DNA from: Candidatus Latescibacterota bacterium
Lineage (GTDB): Bacteria > Latescibacterota > UBA2968 > UBA8231
Direction of reading: 5' to 3'
Length of the DNA: 64,000 bases
NCBI GenBank assembly: GCA_965208105.1
Contig: OZ242318.1
Location: 1,376,001-1,440,000 of the forward strand
Position numbers and translations under genes: made by a program. This document shows, piece by piece, positions 22,041 to 30,454 of this stretch (the stretch's first letter is position 1; the number at the start of each line of letters is the position of its first letter). The notes beneath the pieces are model-generated. The model was not told the DNA's origin. It worked only from the letters and a program-made list of their open reading frames with translations, and ran no database searches.

Positions 22041-22670
22041 ATGCGCAAAAAGCTGACAGAGCGCCAGCAGACCATCTATGACTTCATCGCCCGCACCATC
22101 AGGGATCGCGGAGCCCCTCCCACCATCCGCGACATCATGGAGGCATTCGGCATCAGCTCCACGAACGGCGTGCGCACGACCCTTGCGGCGCTGGAGAAAA
22201 AGGGCCACATCCGCCGCCATCCTCGCCTTTCACGAGGCATAGAGTTGGCCGACTACGTCGAGCGCACTCCTCTCTCCGACGCCGTCTCCGAGGTGCCTCT
22301 GATAGGCAGGGTAGCTGCGGGCGAACCCGTGTTGGCGGTGCAGAACATAGAGGACACTCTGCAAGTCGACAGGGCCCTGTTGCCGGCTTCCGGCGACCTC
22401 TTCGCGCTGCGCGTGCACGGAGAGAGCATGAAGGATGCGGGCATTCTCGACGGCGACATCGTCCTCGCCAGGCATCAGCAAACCGCCGAACGAGGAGATA
22501 TCGTCGTTGCCCTGCTCGACGAAGAAGCCACGGTCAAGCGCTATTACCCCGACCCTCAGTGCATTCGCCTGATGCCCGAAAACGAGACCTTCGAACCCAT
22601 TATCATCCCTTACGAGGCAGAGAACTTCAGGATCGCCGGCAAGGTGGTGAGCCTCATGCGGCGCCTGTAA
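22041..22670 (+). CDS. lexA: SOS repressor LexA
   Basis: LTERQ..IYDFI, PPTIRDI, RVAAG cleavage site, GESM (Ser), ATVKR (Lys). Confidence 0.97.
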   Translation: MRKKLTERQQTIYDFIARTIRDRGAPPTIRDIMEAFGISSTNGVRTTLAALEKKGHIRRHPRLSRGIELADYVERTPLSDAVSEVPLIGRVAAGEPVLAVQNIEDTLQVDRALLPASGDLFALRVHGESMKDAGILDGDIVLARHQQTAERGDIVVALLDEEATVKRYYPDPQCIRLMPENETFEPIIIPYEAENFRIAGKVVSLMRRL

Positions 22671-22680
22671 AGGAAGCGCG

Positions 22681-24018
22681 ATGCCCTCAGCGGGAAGCGC
22701 CGGGCGGCGCGCAGATGCACTGAACATCTTCGAGTCCGCACTGAAGGCAGCCGACCCCGGACAGTGCATCTCGAGAGCTCTGTCCGTACGAGATGGAGAA
22801 CTTCGCATCTGCGGCGTCTCCTATGCCCTGGAGCGGATCTCCAGGCTCGTCGTCGTCGGCGCGGGAAAAGCAACCCCCGCCATGGCCTCCGCGGTCGAAG
22901 GAATTCTGGGCGCAAGGATCAGCGCCGGTGCCGTCAACACCAAGTACGGCCACGCCCTGCCCCTCGACCACATCGCCACAACCGAATGCGGCCATCCCTT
23001 CCCCGACGAGGCCGGTGTGGCCGGTTCCGAGCGCATGCTCTCCCTGATCCAGGGGCTGGACGAGAACGCCCTGGTCATCGGCCTCTTCTCGGGCGGCGGA
23101 TCCGCCCTCATGCCCGCTCCCGCGGAGGGAATCTCCCTGGGCGAAAAGCAGGAGGCCACCCGGGCCCTGTTGGCCTGTGGAGCCACCATCGACGAAATCA
23201 ACGCCATCCGCAAACATCTCTCCCGCGCCAAAGGCGGTCTTCTCGCCCGCCGCGCCAATCCGGCGCGGATCGTATCGCTGCTCCTCTCGGACGTCGTCGG
23301 CGATCCCCTGGACACCATAGCTTCCGGACCCACCTGTCCCGACTCCACCAGCTTCGGCAACTGCCTGGACATCCTCGACCGCTACCGCCTGCGCCCCAGG
23401 CTGCCCGCCGCTGTGCTCCGACGCCTGGAAGCAGGCGCCCGAAACGAAATCGAGGACACGCCGAAAGTGGGCGACTCCTGCTTCGTCCGCAGCCGAAACC
23501 ATCTCATCGGCAACAACCTCCTCGCTATCGAATCCGCCGTTCAGACTGCCCGCGCCCTGGGCTACAACACTCTCGTGCTCTCCAGCCGAATCCAGGGAGA
23601 AGCCCGGGAGGTTGCGGCCGTTCACGCCGCCATCGCCCAGGAAGTGACCACCTCGAGTCAGCCCGTCCCTCCACCGGCCTGCGTCATCAGCGGGGGAGAG
23701 ACCACCGTCACCCTGAACGGCCGGGGAAAGGGGGGCCGCAGCCAGGAACTCGCCCTGGCCGCATCCATGCGCCTGGAGAACTGGGAGCGGATCACCCTGC
23801 TGAGCGCGGGTACGGACGGCAGCGACGGACCCACCGACGCAGCCGGCGCCATCGTGGACGGCAGCACCGCAGATCGGGCGCGCCAGCTCGGTCTTTCTCC
23901 TGCCGCCTGCCTTGCCGACAACGATTCCTACCATTTCTTCAAGGCGCTGGGCGACCTCGTAATCACCGGACCCACCAACACGAACGTCATGGATCTCCAA
24001 ATCATCCTGGCCTCCTGA
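22681..24018 (+). CDS. Glycerate 2-kinase (GckA/TtuD, MOFRL family)
   Basis: GAGKA, SGGGSAL, NAIRKHLS..KGG, SDVVGD..IASGP, GGETTV, GTDGSDG, TGPTNTNVMD. Confidence 0.92.
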   Translation: MPSAGSAGRRADALNIFESALKAADPGQCISRALSVRDGELRICGVSYALERISRLVVVGAGKATPAMASAVEGILGARISAGAVNTKYGHALPLDHIATTECGHPFPDEAGVAGSERMLSLIQGLDENALVIGLFSGGGSALMPAPAEGISLGEKQEATRALLACGATIDEINAIRKHLSRAKGGLLARRANPARIVSLLLSDVVGDPLDTIASGPTCPDSTSFGNCLDILDRYRLRPRLPAAVLRRLEAGARNEIEDTPKVGDSCFVRSRNHLIGNNLLAIESAVQTARALGYNTLVLSSRIQGEAREVAAVHAAIAQEVTTSSQPVPPPACVISGGETTVTLNGRGKGGRSQELALAASMRLENWERITLLSAGTDGSDGPTDAAGAIVDGSTADRARQLGLSPAACLADNDSYHFFKALGDLVITGPTNTNVMDLQIILAS

Positions 24019-24035
24019 TCCACGTCATCCTCCTC

Positions 24036-24064
24036 TTGACACCTCCTTTGCATACAGTTAGTAT
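24036..24064 (+). promoter_or_regulatory. Putative sigma70 promoter for the PorV-like gene and era
   Basis: TTGACA-N17-TAGTAT. Confidence 0.6.
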
Positions 24065-24137
24065 TTGCCCCGTCGGGTTCCAAACCGCCTCCTCTGTCCG
24101 GAATTTCCATCCGCGCCAAACCTTTCCGGTCCTCTTC

Positions 24138-25076
24138 ATGATCCGCTTCCTTTTCCCGCTTGCCTGCACCCTTCTGTTTCTGGCTCCGCCACTTTCCGCC
24201 GCATCGGGCTACGCGGGTGAGTTCCTCGCCCTTGGCGCCGGCGCCCGAGCCCTGGCCCTGGGCGGCGCCTATGTGGCCATCGCCGACGACGCCACCGCAG
24301 GTTACTGGAACGCGGCTGCCCTCGCCACCCTCACGGGACGCCGGGTCCACCTGACCCACGCACGCCGGTTCGCTGGATTGGTGCAACACGACTACCTGGC
24401 CCTGGCGCGTGCCGGCCAGCGCGTCCACGGGCTCGCCGTAAGCCTCCTGCGCATGGGCGTGGCCGATCAGAAGGAGACTGTCCTGCAGGATCCAGGAGGC
24501 TCTCTGGGACCAGACAACCGGCCCCTGGTTTCCTCCACCTTCAGCAGCTCCGACTACGCCGTGTACCTTTCGGGCGGACACAGGCTCTCCCGCGGCGTAT
24601 CTGCCGGCGCAAGCCTCAAACTGATCTACCGCAGCATCGGAAATTTCAGCAGCGCCTATGGCCTGGGGCTCGACCTGGGACTCCATTACCGCCTGCGCCC
24701 CGAAATCACCCTGGCGCTCAGTATCAGGGACGTTACCACCACTCCCCTTTCATGGAACACCGGTACCACCGACCGGATCCAACCATCAATCCTGGCCGGC
24801 ATCGCCTACTCCCGTCCTTTCATGGGCGGCCGGACCATCTTTTCCCTTGCTACCAGGCAGGGAGGAGATGCCGAGGACCATTCCGGGTCGAAGCCCGTCA
24901 ACGCCGGTCTCGAGTACCGGTACGAACAGGTCGCTCTGCGGGCCGGCATGGAAGAAGACAGTCCAGCCTATGGGCTGGGTTTGATCCTGCGCCGTCGTTT
25001 CGAGCTGGACCTCGCCCGCTTCGACCACTACGAGCTCGGACACACCTATCATTTCTCGGCCGGTGTCCAGTTCTGA
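24138..25076 (+). CDS. PorV/PorQ-family (FadL-like) outer-membrane beta-barrel
   Basis: Signal peptide, FLALGAGARALALGGAYVAIADDATAGYWNAA, G.GLDLG, terminal Phe. Confidence 0.8.
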   Translation: MIRFLFPLACTLLFLAPPLSAASGYAGEFLALGAGARALALGGAYVAIADDATAGYWNAAALATLTGRRVHLTHARRFAGLVQHDYLALARAGQRVHGLAVSLLRMGVADQKETVLQDPGGSLGPDNRPLVSSTFSSSDYAVYLSGGHRLSRGVSAGASLKLIYRSIGNFSSAYGLGLDLGLHYRLRPEITLALSIRDVTTTPLSWNTGTTDRIQPSILAGIAYSRPFMGGRTIFSLATRQGGDAEDHSGSKPVNAGLEYRYEQVALRAGMEEDSPAYGLGLILRRRFELDLARFDHYELGHTYHFSAGVQF

Positions 25077-25977
25077 TCGACCGGCGGTCGGCGGGGCACC
25101 GACCCGCTGCGGCTACGTCGCCCTGGTCGGGCGGCCCAACACCGGCAAATCCACCCTCTTCAACGCCTTTCTCGGCCAGCCTCTCTCGATCGTCACCTCC
25201 AAGCCCCAGACCACGCGCAGCCGCGTGCTGGGGATCTTGACCCGCCCGCGAAGCCAGATCATCTTCCTGGATACTCCGGGCCTCCTGGAACCCAGCTATA
25301 AGCTCCACGAGAGCATGGAGCGCCAGATCTTCATCGCTGCCCGCGAGGCCGACCTGGTACTGCTTCTCATGGATGCCTCACGGCCCCGCGACGGCCGCGA
25401 CCTCATCCGCCGCTTTCTGGAAAAATCCCGGGTTCCTCTCATCGCGGCCCTCAACAAGATCGATCTGCTCACCGAGGGGCAGGTTCAGGCGCAACGAGCA
25501 CAACTTCGAAGCGAACTGGGCTTGAAGAATCTGCTGCCCCTTTCCGCCCTGGAGGGGGAGGGAGTCGATGATCTTCTCGAGAACGCCGAAAGGCTTCTGC
25601 CCAGCGGCCGGAAGCTCTACCCCGACTCCATGGTCTCCGACCAGCCCGAGCGCTTTTTCGTCAGCGAATTCATCCGCGCCGCCGCCTTCAACAATCTGCT
25701 CGATGAGCTGCCCTACGCCCTCAACGTCGCCGTCGAGAGCTTCGCCGATCGCCCTGAAAAGACCTATGTCCAGGCCTTGATCTTCGTCGAGCGGGAAAGT
25801 CAGAAGGGCATCGTCATCGGACGCAAGGGCAGCCTGCTGCGAAAAATCGGACGCGAGGCCAGGCTTCAGATCGAAGAATTTCTCCAGCGTCCGGTCTATC
25901 TGGACCTGTGGGTGAAGGTGCGCCCCGACTGGCGCAAGAGAGAGAGAGACCTGACCGAGTTCGGATACATGCAGTAG
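25063..25977 (+). CDS. era: GTPase Era
   Basis: GRPNTGKST, PQTTR, DTPG, NKID, KH domain (SQKGIVIG), LWVKV..DW. Confidence 0.97.
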   Translation: MSSSDRPAVGGAPTRCGYVALVGRPNTGKSTLFNAFLGQPLSIVTSKPQTTRSRVLGILTRPRSQIIFLDTPGLLEPSYKLHESMERQIFIAAREADLVLLLMDASRPRDGRDLIRRFLEKSRVPLIAALNKIDLLTEGQVQAQRAQLRSELGLKNLLPLSALEGEGVDDLLENAERLLPSGRKLYPDSMVSDQPERFFVSEFIRAAAFNNLLDELPYALNVAVESFADRPEKTYVQALIFVERESQKGIVIGRKGSLLRKIGREARLQIEEFLQRPVYLDLWVKVRPDWRKRERDLTEFGYMQ

Positions 25978-26126
25978 CTGCGGAGCCCGCGCTCCAGGAC
26001 GCGGCGGCGCCCCGATCCAGCCAAAGAGGGCTTTCGGCAATATGCGAGACTGAAGGGAGGCGGCCGCGGAGGGAATGGCGGGAGCATGTCCCCAGTCGAG
26101 TTCACCCAACAGGAAAGGAATTCTCC

Positions 26127-27458
26127 ATGAAGGTTCTCGTCGTCGGCAAGGGAGGCCGCGAGCACGCCCTGACCTGGAAGATCGCCCAGAGTCCCAAAGT
26201 TCAGCGCATCTACGCCGCCCCGGGCAGTCCGGGAATGGCCCAGCACGCCGAGTGCGTCGACATCCGGGTGGACACGCCCATTTCCAACCTTGAAGAGCTG
26301 ACGTCCGAAATCGGGCGGCTGCGGCAGTTCGCCCTCGACCAGCGCATCGACCTCACCGTGGTGGGACCGGACGATGTCCTCAGCGCCGGCATCGTGGACC
26401 GCTTCGCGGAGAAGGGCCTGAAGGCCTTCGGTCCCACGGCGGCGGCGGCCCGCATCGAAAGCGACAAGATTTTCGCCAAGGACCTGATGGTGCGCATCGG
26501 CGTGCCCACGGCGAGCTACCGCACCTTCAGCGACAGCGCCGCGGCCGCGGCCTACGTGCGCCAGCGCGGTTGCCCCATCGTGATCAAGCCCAAGGGGCTG
26601 ACTGCAGGCAAGGGAGTGGCGGTTGCCCGTACGGAAGAGGAGGCCTTCCAGGCCCTCTCTTCCATGATGGAGGAAGGTGCCTTCGGCGCAGCTGGGGAAG
26701 AGGTCGTCGTGGAGGACTTCATGGAGGGCGAGGAGGCCTCCCTCTTCGCCCTTACCGACGGGGAGAAATTCCTCACCCTCGCACCGGCCCAGGATCACAA
26801 GGCCGTCCACGAAGGAGACAAGGGGCCCAATACCGGCGGAATGGGCGCCTATGCCCCGGCTCCGCTGATGACCCCGGCGCGGGTCAGGGAAGCGCAGGAG
26901 CGCATCATCCGCCCGGTGCTGGACGAAATGCGCCGCCTCGGCTGCCCATTCCAGGGAGTACTTTACTGCGGGCTGATGCTGACGGATTCAGACCTCAAGG
27001 TGGTCGAGTTCAACAGCCGTATGGGCGACCCCGAAGCCCAGGTGGTGCTTCCCCTTCTCAAGAACGATTTCGTGGAGGTTATCGAAGCGGTCTGCGACGG
27101 CCGCCTGGACCAGGTCAGCATCGAAAACATCGATGCCGCCGCGGTGTGCGTCGTCGCCGCCTCGGAAGGCTACCCCGGTGCCTACGAAACCGGCCGTGAG
27201 ATCCGCGGCCTCGAGCGCCTGCAGGGGCGTGAAGACCTGCTCGCCTTTCACGCCGGCACCATGCTCGAGGACGGCCGTCTGCTGACCGCCGGAGGGAGGG
27301 TCATGGGGATTACCGCCATCGCCGCCGATATCCCGGCGGCCGTGCGCAAGGTCTACGCCGGCATCGAACAGATATCTTTCGATAATCTCTACATGCGCAG
27401 GGACATCGGCCACCGCGCCTTCCCCGGGATAACCTCCGCGCGGCCCCCCGGGACCTGA
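26127..27458 (+). CDS. purD: Phosphoribosylamine-glycine ligase
   Basis: MKVLVVGKGGREHAL, AQDHK, GPNTGGMGAY, EFNSRMGDPE, HAGT, RRDIG. Confidence 0.97.
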   Translation: MKVLVVGKGGREHALTWKIAQSPKVQRIYAAPGSPGMAQHAECVDIRVDTPISNLEELTSEIGRLRQFALDQRIDLTVVGPDDVLSAGIVDRFAEKGLKAFGPTAAAARIESDKIFAKDLMVRIGVPTASYRTFSDSAAAAAYVRQRGCPIVIKPKGLTAGKGVAVARTEEEAFQALSSMMEEGAFGAAGEEVVVEDFMEGEEASLFALTDGEKFLTLAPAQDHKAVHEGDKGPNTGGMGAYAPAPLMTPARVREAQERIIRPVLDEMRRLGCPFQGVLYCGLMLTDSDLKVVEFNSRMGDPEAQVVLPLLKNDFVEVIEAVCDGRLDQVSIENIDAAAVCVVAASEGYPGAYETGREIRGLERLQGREDLLAFHAGTMLEDGRLLTAGGRVMGITAIAADIPAAVRKVYAGIEQISFDNLYMRRDIGHRAFPGITSARPPGT

Positions 27459-27482
27459 GCGCGGAGACCCGCCGAGGCTCGA

Positions 27483-28304
27483 TCAGAAGCAGAAAATGTA
27501 GAAGTCCTCGCGCGGACAGGATAGGGGGATCACCGTCGTCCCCAATTCATCTGCCAGGCGCTCTACCCGCAAGGCGTAATTCCGTTTCATCCCCATGTTC
27601 CTGCCGCAGAACGATCTGCTCGGAAAAGAGGCGACCACGTATGGCGCACCCGACTTCCTGAGCAGCTCCAGCGATGCGTCTCTCCGGGTGTGTTCCAGGC
27701 AGGGAATGGACTGGAACAAAAAAACCACGTCGCCTTCGAGGGCCGGGGTCCGGGTGAGGATGTCCGTGCACTGCGCACCTCCGGCCTGGTTCAGGCGCGC
27801 AAAGAAAGTGTTTATGCACGAGACCAGCCGGTGATCGATGTCATAGGCGCGATAGTTGACGCAGGGATCCACGTCCATCCAGGGCAGCGCGAAAGGATTG
27901 AATCCGCAAGCCAGGTCGACAATGGAACGGGGCCTGCCGATGGCGCTCCAGATCTCCCCGTAGAGCCCTTCGAGGAAGGGCAGGCGCTCGGCGGTGGACC
28001 TGTGCTGGCGGAGCAGGTTGCGGCAGGCCGCAAGCCTCGCTTCGGCGGAGACGGAGGCGGACAGCCCATCGATCAATTCTTCCACCTCGGCGAAATCGAC
28101 CTGGTCGAAATAGGCTCCGTATACCTGATGCAGTTTGCTCTTGGCGGCCTTCAGGGTCTTCCTGAATCCCCTGTTGCGAAGCATGGACCAGGCCGCCACC
28201 CGGACGAGAGTCTCCTCGCACAGGTGCCGGTATTTCCTGCTCTGCCTCAAATTACGGACAAGTCTGGAATTATCGATACTATTGGTTGTGCTCTGGACAG
28301 GCAT
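27483..28304 (-). CDS. ArmA/Rmt (FmrO)-family 16S rRNA m7G1405 methyltransferase homologue
   Basis: SRKYRHLCEET, KLHQVYGAY, HRSTAERL, DLACGFNP, YDID, SFPSRSFCGRNMGMKRNY and C-terminal EDFY, all collinear with RmtB/Sgm motifs. Confidence 0.88.
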   Translation of the reverse strand: MPVQSTTNSIDNSRLVRNLRQSRKYRHLCEETLVRVAAWSMLRNRGFRKTLKAAKSKLHQVYGAYFDQVDFAEVEELIDGLSASVSAEARLAACRNLLRQHRSTAERLPFLEGLYGEIWSAIGRPRSIVDLACGFNPFALPWMDVDPCVNYRAYDIDHRLVSCINTFFARLNQAGGAQCTDILTRTPALEGDVVFLFQSIPCLEHTRRDASLELLRKSGAPYVVASFPSRSFCGRNMGMKRNYALRVERLADELGTTVIPLSCPREDFYIFCF

Positions 28305-28325
28305 TGGGCACCTGACTAGGTGACA

Positions 28326-29426
28326 CTAAGCCCTTTTGAAAAATTTCTCGATATAACTCAACAGCTTGTTGTAGAAATACAGGTTATGCACCGTGAAAAG
28401 ACGTTGCGCCAAGGGCTCGTTCATCCGGTGCAGATGGCGAAGATAGGCCCTCGTATACTGGCGGCAGCACCTGCAGCCGCAATTCTCGTCGACGGGAGAG
28501 AAATCTCTGCAGTACCTCTGGTCCGCCATATGGAGGTTGAAATAGAAAGATCCGCCCATCAACCTGGCCGCGCTCACTTCTCCATCGAATACGTACAATC
28601 TCCCGCGGCGGGCTTCCCGGGTGGGGATCACGCAATCGAACAGGTCATATCCCCACTGGTGCGCTTTTACGATGTTTTCCGGTCTTCCTATCCCCAGGGC
28701 GTGCCTGGGCGCGCCGGACGGAAGCAGCTCGCCCACCAGCTCCACCATTTCCACCAGGCCCCCATCGCGGTCGATGGGCCAACCCCCGAAGCCATAGCCG
28801 TCGAAGCCCATCTCCACCAGGCTCTCAGCGCAGGCCCGGCGCAGGGCTTCGTCGCTTCCACCCTGCACCACCGCGAACAACAGGGGCCGCCGGGGCGCTG
28901 CCGCTCCGTTTTCCAGCAGGCGGCAAAATTCTTCCCGGCACCTTCGGGCCCATTCGATGGTGTAGGTGACGCTCCTTTCCTGCTCTGCCCTGGCGGCGCG
29001 CCCATGGGTGCAGTAGTCGAGGCAGAATATGATATCCGCTCCCATGCGGACCTGCTTGCGGATACAGATCTCGGGTGACCACCTCCTCTCCCGCCGTCCC
29101 TTTCCCATGCGGTAGGTGATCCCCTGCGCGGCAATCCTCCCGGTCATTGACCCCTGGTCCTTGCGGTTGAGCACGGACAGAATCTGAAAGCCCCCGGAAT
29201 CCGACAGAATGGGCCCGTCCCACCCGGTGAACCGATGGATGCCCCCTGAGGCCGAGATAACCGAAGCGCCCGGGTCGGAGGCCAGATGAAGAGAGTTCAC
29301 CATGAGGCCGCCCGTCCCGCACCCGAGGAGGTCCTCCCGGTCAATGGTCTTCACCACACCCCTCGTTGCATCGGGGATGAATGCTGGCAGTGCGAGACGT
29401 CCGTGCCCGGTCTCTATCTGCGGCAA
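28326..29426 (-). CDS. tgt: tRNA-guanine transglycosylase-like protein (divergent base pocket)
   Basis: DSGGFQ, LDYCT, VQGG, DLFDCVIPTR, zinc site CGCRCC...HN. AAGGAG RBS before the TTG start. Confidence 0.88.
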   Translation of the reverse strand: MPQIETGHGRLALPAFIPDATRGVVKTIDREDLLGCGTGGLMVNSLHLASDPGASVISASGGIHRFTGWDGPILSDSGGFQILSVLNRKDQGSMTGRIAAQGITYRMGKGRRERRWSPEICIRKQVRMGADIIFCLDYCTHGRAARAEQERSVTYTIEWARRCREEFCRLLENGAAAPRRPLLFAVVQGGSDEALRRACAESLVEMGFDGYGFGGWPIDRDGGLVEMVELVGELLPSGAPRHALGIGRPENIVKAHQWGYDLFDCVIPTREARRGRLYVFDGEVSAARLMGGSFYFNLHMADQRYCRDFSPVDENCGCRCCRQYTRAYLRHLHRMNEPLAQRLFTVHNLYFYNKLLSYIEKFFKRA

Positions 29427-29473
29427 AATCCCTTCTCCTTTTCCCCCTCGAGGAGATGGTCCGACCTGTTTGA

Positions 29474-29502
29474 TTGACAGGCATCGAGCCTGCGGATATA
29501 TT
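29474..29502 (+). promoter_or_regulatory. Sigma70 promoter of folB-folK
   Basis: TTGACA-N17-TATATT. Confidence 0.7.
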
Positions 29503-29528
29503 CAGCCGAACTGCCTGCGAGCCTTCCC

Positions 29529-29894
29529 ATGCCCTCCGATATCCTGCGCCTCCGCAACATGCGCTTTTTTGCCCACCACGGCCTCTTCGCCACCGAAGAA
29601 GAACTCGGCCAGCACTTCGAGGTCGACGTGGAACTCTGCGGCGATTTCTCCGCGGCCGGCCGCGAAGATTCCCACGCCGAGAGCCTGGACTATCCCCGGG
29701 TCTACGAGATCGTCCGCGGGGTGGTCACTCAGCGGCGGTTCAAGCTGGTGGAGGCCCTGGCCGAGCACATTGCCCGGGCGGTGGGCGAGACCTTCGCACC
29801 CATTGACCTGACCGTGCGGGTGCGCAAGCCCAATCCCCCGCTCGACGCTCACTTCGACGGAATCGAAGTGGAGCTGCGTCGCTCCTATGCCTGA
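29529..29894 (+). CDS. folB: Dihydroneopterin aldolase
   Basis: FFAHHG...EEELGQHFEVD, LDY, LVEALAE, RKP. Confidence 0.95.
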   Translation: MPSDILRLRNMRFFAHHGLFATEEELGQHFEVDVELCGDFSAAGREDSHAESLDYPRVYEIVRGVVTQRRFKLVEALAEHIARAVGETFAPIDLTVRVRKPNPPLDAHFDGIEVELRRSYA

Positions 29895-30414
29895 ACGAGC
29901 CTTCATCGGCATGGGGTCCAACCTGGGGGACCGCCGCGCCTTCCTCGAAGCGGGCCTCACCGCCCTGGCCGACCTCGAGGGAGTGATGCCCATTGCCCTT
30001 TCCTCCCTCTACGAAACGGCGCCCCAGGGATACCTGGACCAGCCCATGTTCCTCAACGCGGTCCTCTCGGTGCAAACGGAGCTTCCCCCCCCGGAGTTGC
30101 TCCTGGCAATGCAGCAAATCGAGGACAGCCACCAGCGCCGGCGCACGATTCACTGGGGACCCCGCACTCTCGACCTGGATCTCCTGCTCTACGGCTCGCG
30201 CCGGGTCAACAGCCCGGATCTGATCCTGCCCCACCCGTGCATCACCACCCGGAGCTTCGTCCTCGTTCCCCTCTGCGAGATCGCACCCGGACTCCGCCAC
30301 CCCTGCACCGGCAAGTCCTTCAGGTCCTACTGCGACGAACTCGAACCTGCCCGGGAGATCTGCAAGGCAGGGGCCCTCCGCGACTTGCCCGCAGGCTCCC
30401 GCGAAGGCCGCTGA
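29887..30414 (+). CDS. folK: 2-amino-4-hydroxy-6-hydroxymethyldihydropteridine diphosphokinase
   Basis: GSNLGDR, SSLYET, FLNAV, WGPRTLDLDLL, LPHP. Confidence 0.96.
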   Translation: MPERAFIGMGSNLGDRRAFLEAGLTALADLEGVMPIALSSLYETAPQGYLDQPMFLNAVLSVQTELPPPELLLAMQQIEDSHQRRRTIHWGPRTLDLDLLLYGSRRVNSPDLILPHPCITTRSFVLVPLCEIAPGLRHPCTGKSFRSYCDELEPAREICKAGALRDLPAGSREGR

Positions 30415-30454
30415 ACTCTGCGCAGGGTCTGGCGACAGAGAATCCGCCGCCCTG

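Noticed and set aside
22764-24137. Apparent 770-aa ORF suggesting a long N-terminal extension of the PorV-like protein
   Set aside because: The upstream part is an alternative frame of the glycerate kinase. The real gene has its own promoter and signal peptide at 24138.
26262-26310. Insertion of about 10 aa in the PurD N-terminal domain
   Set aside because: Probably a surface loop variation; all catalytic motifs are normal.
28312-28330. TTAGTGTCACCTAG (minus strand) after the tgt stop, resembling a MITE end or footprint
   Set aside because: Too short to distinguish from chance.
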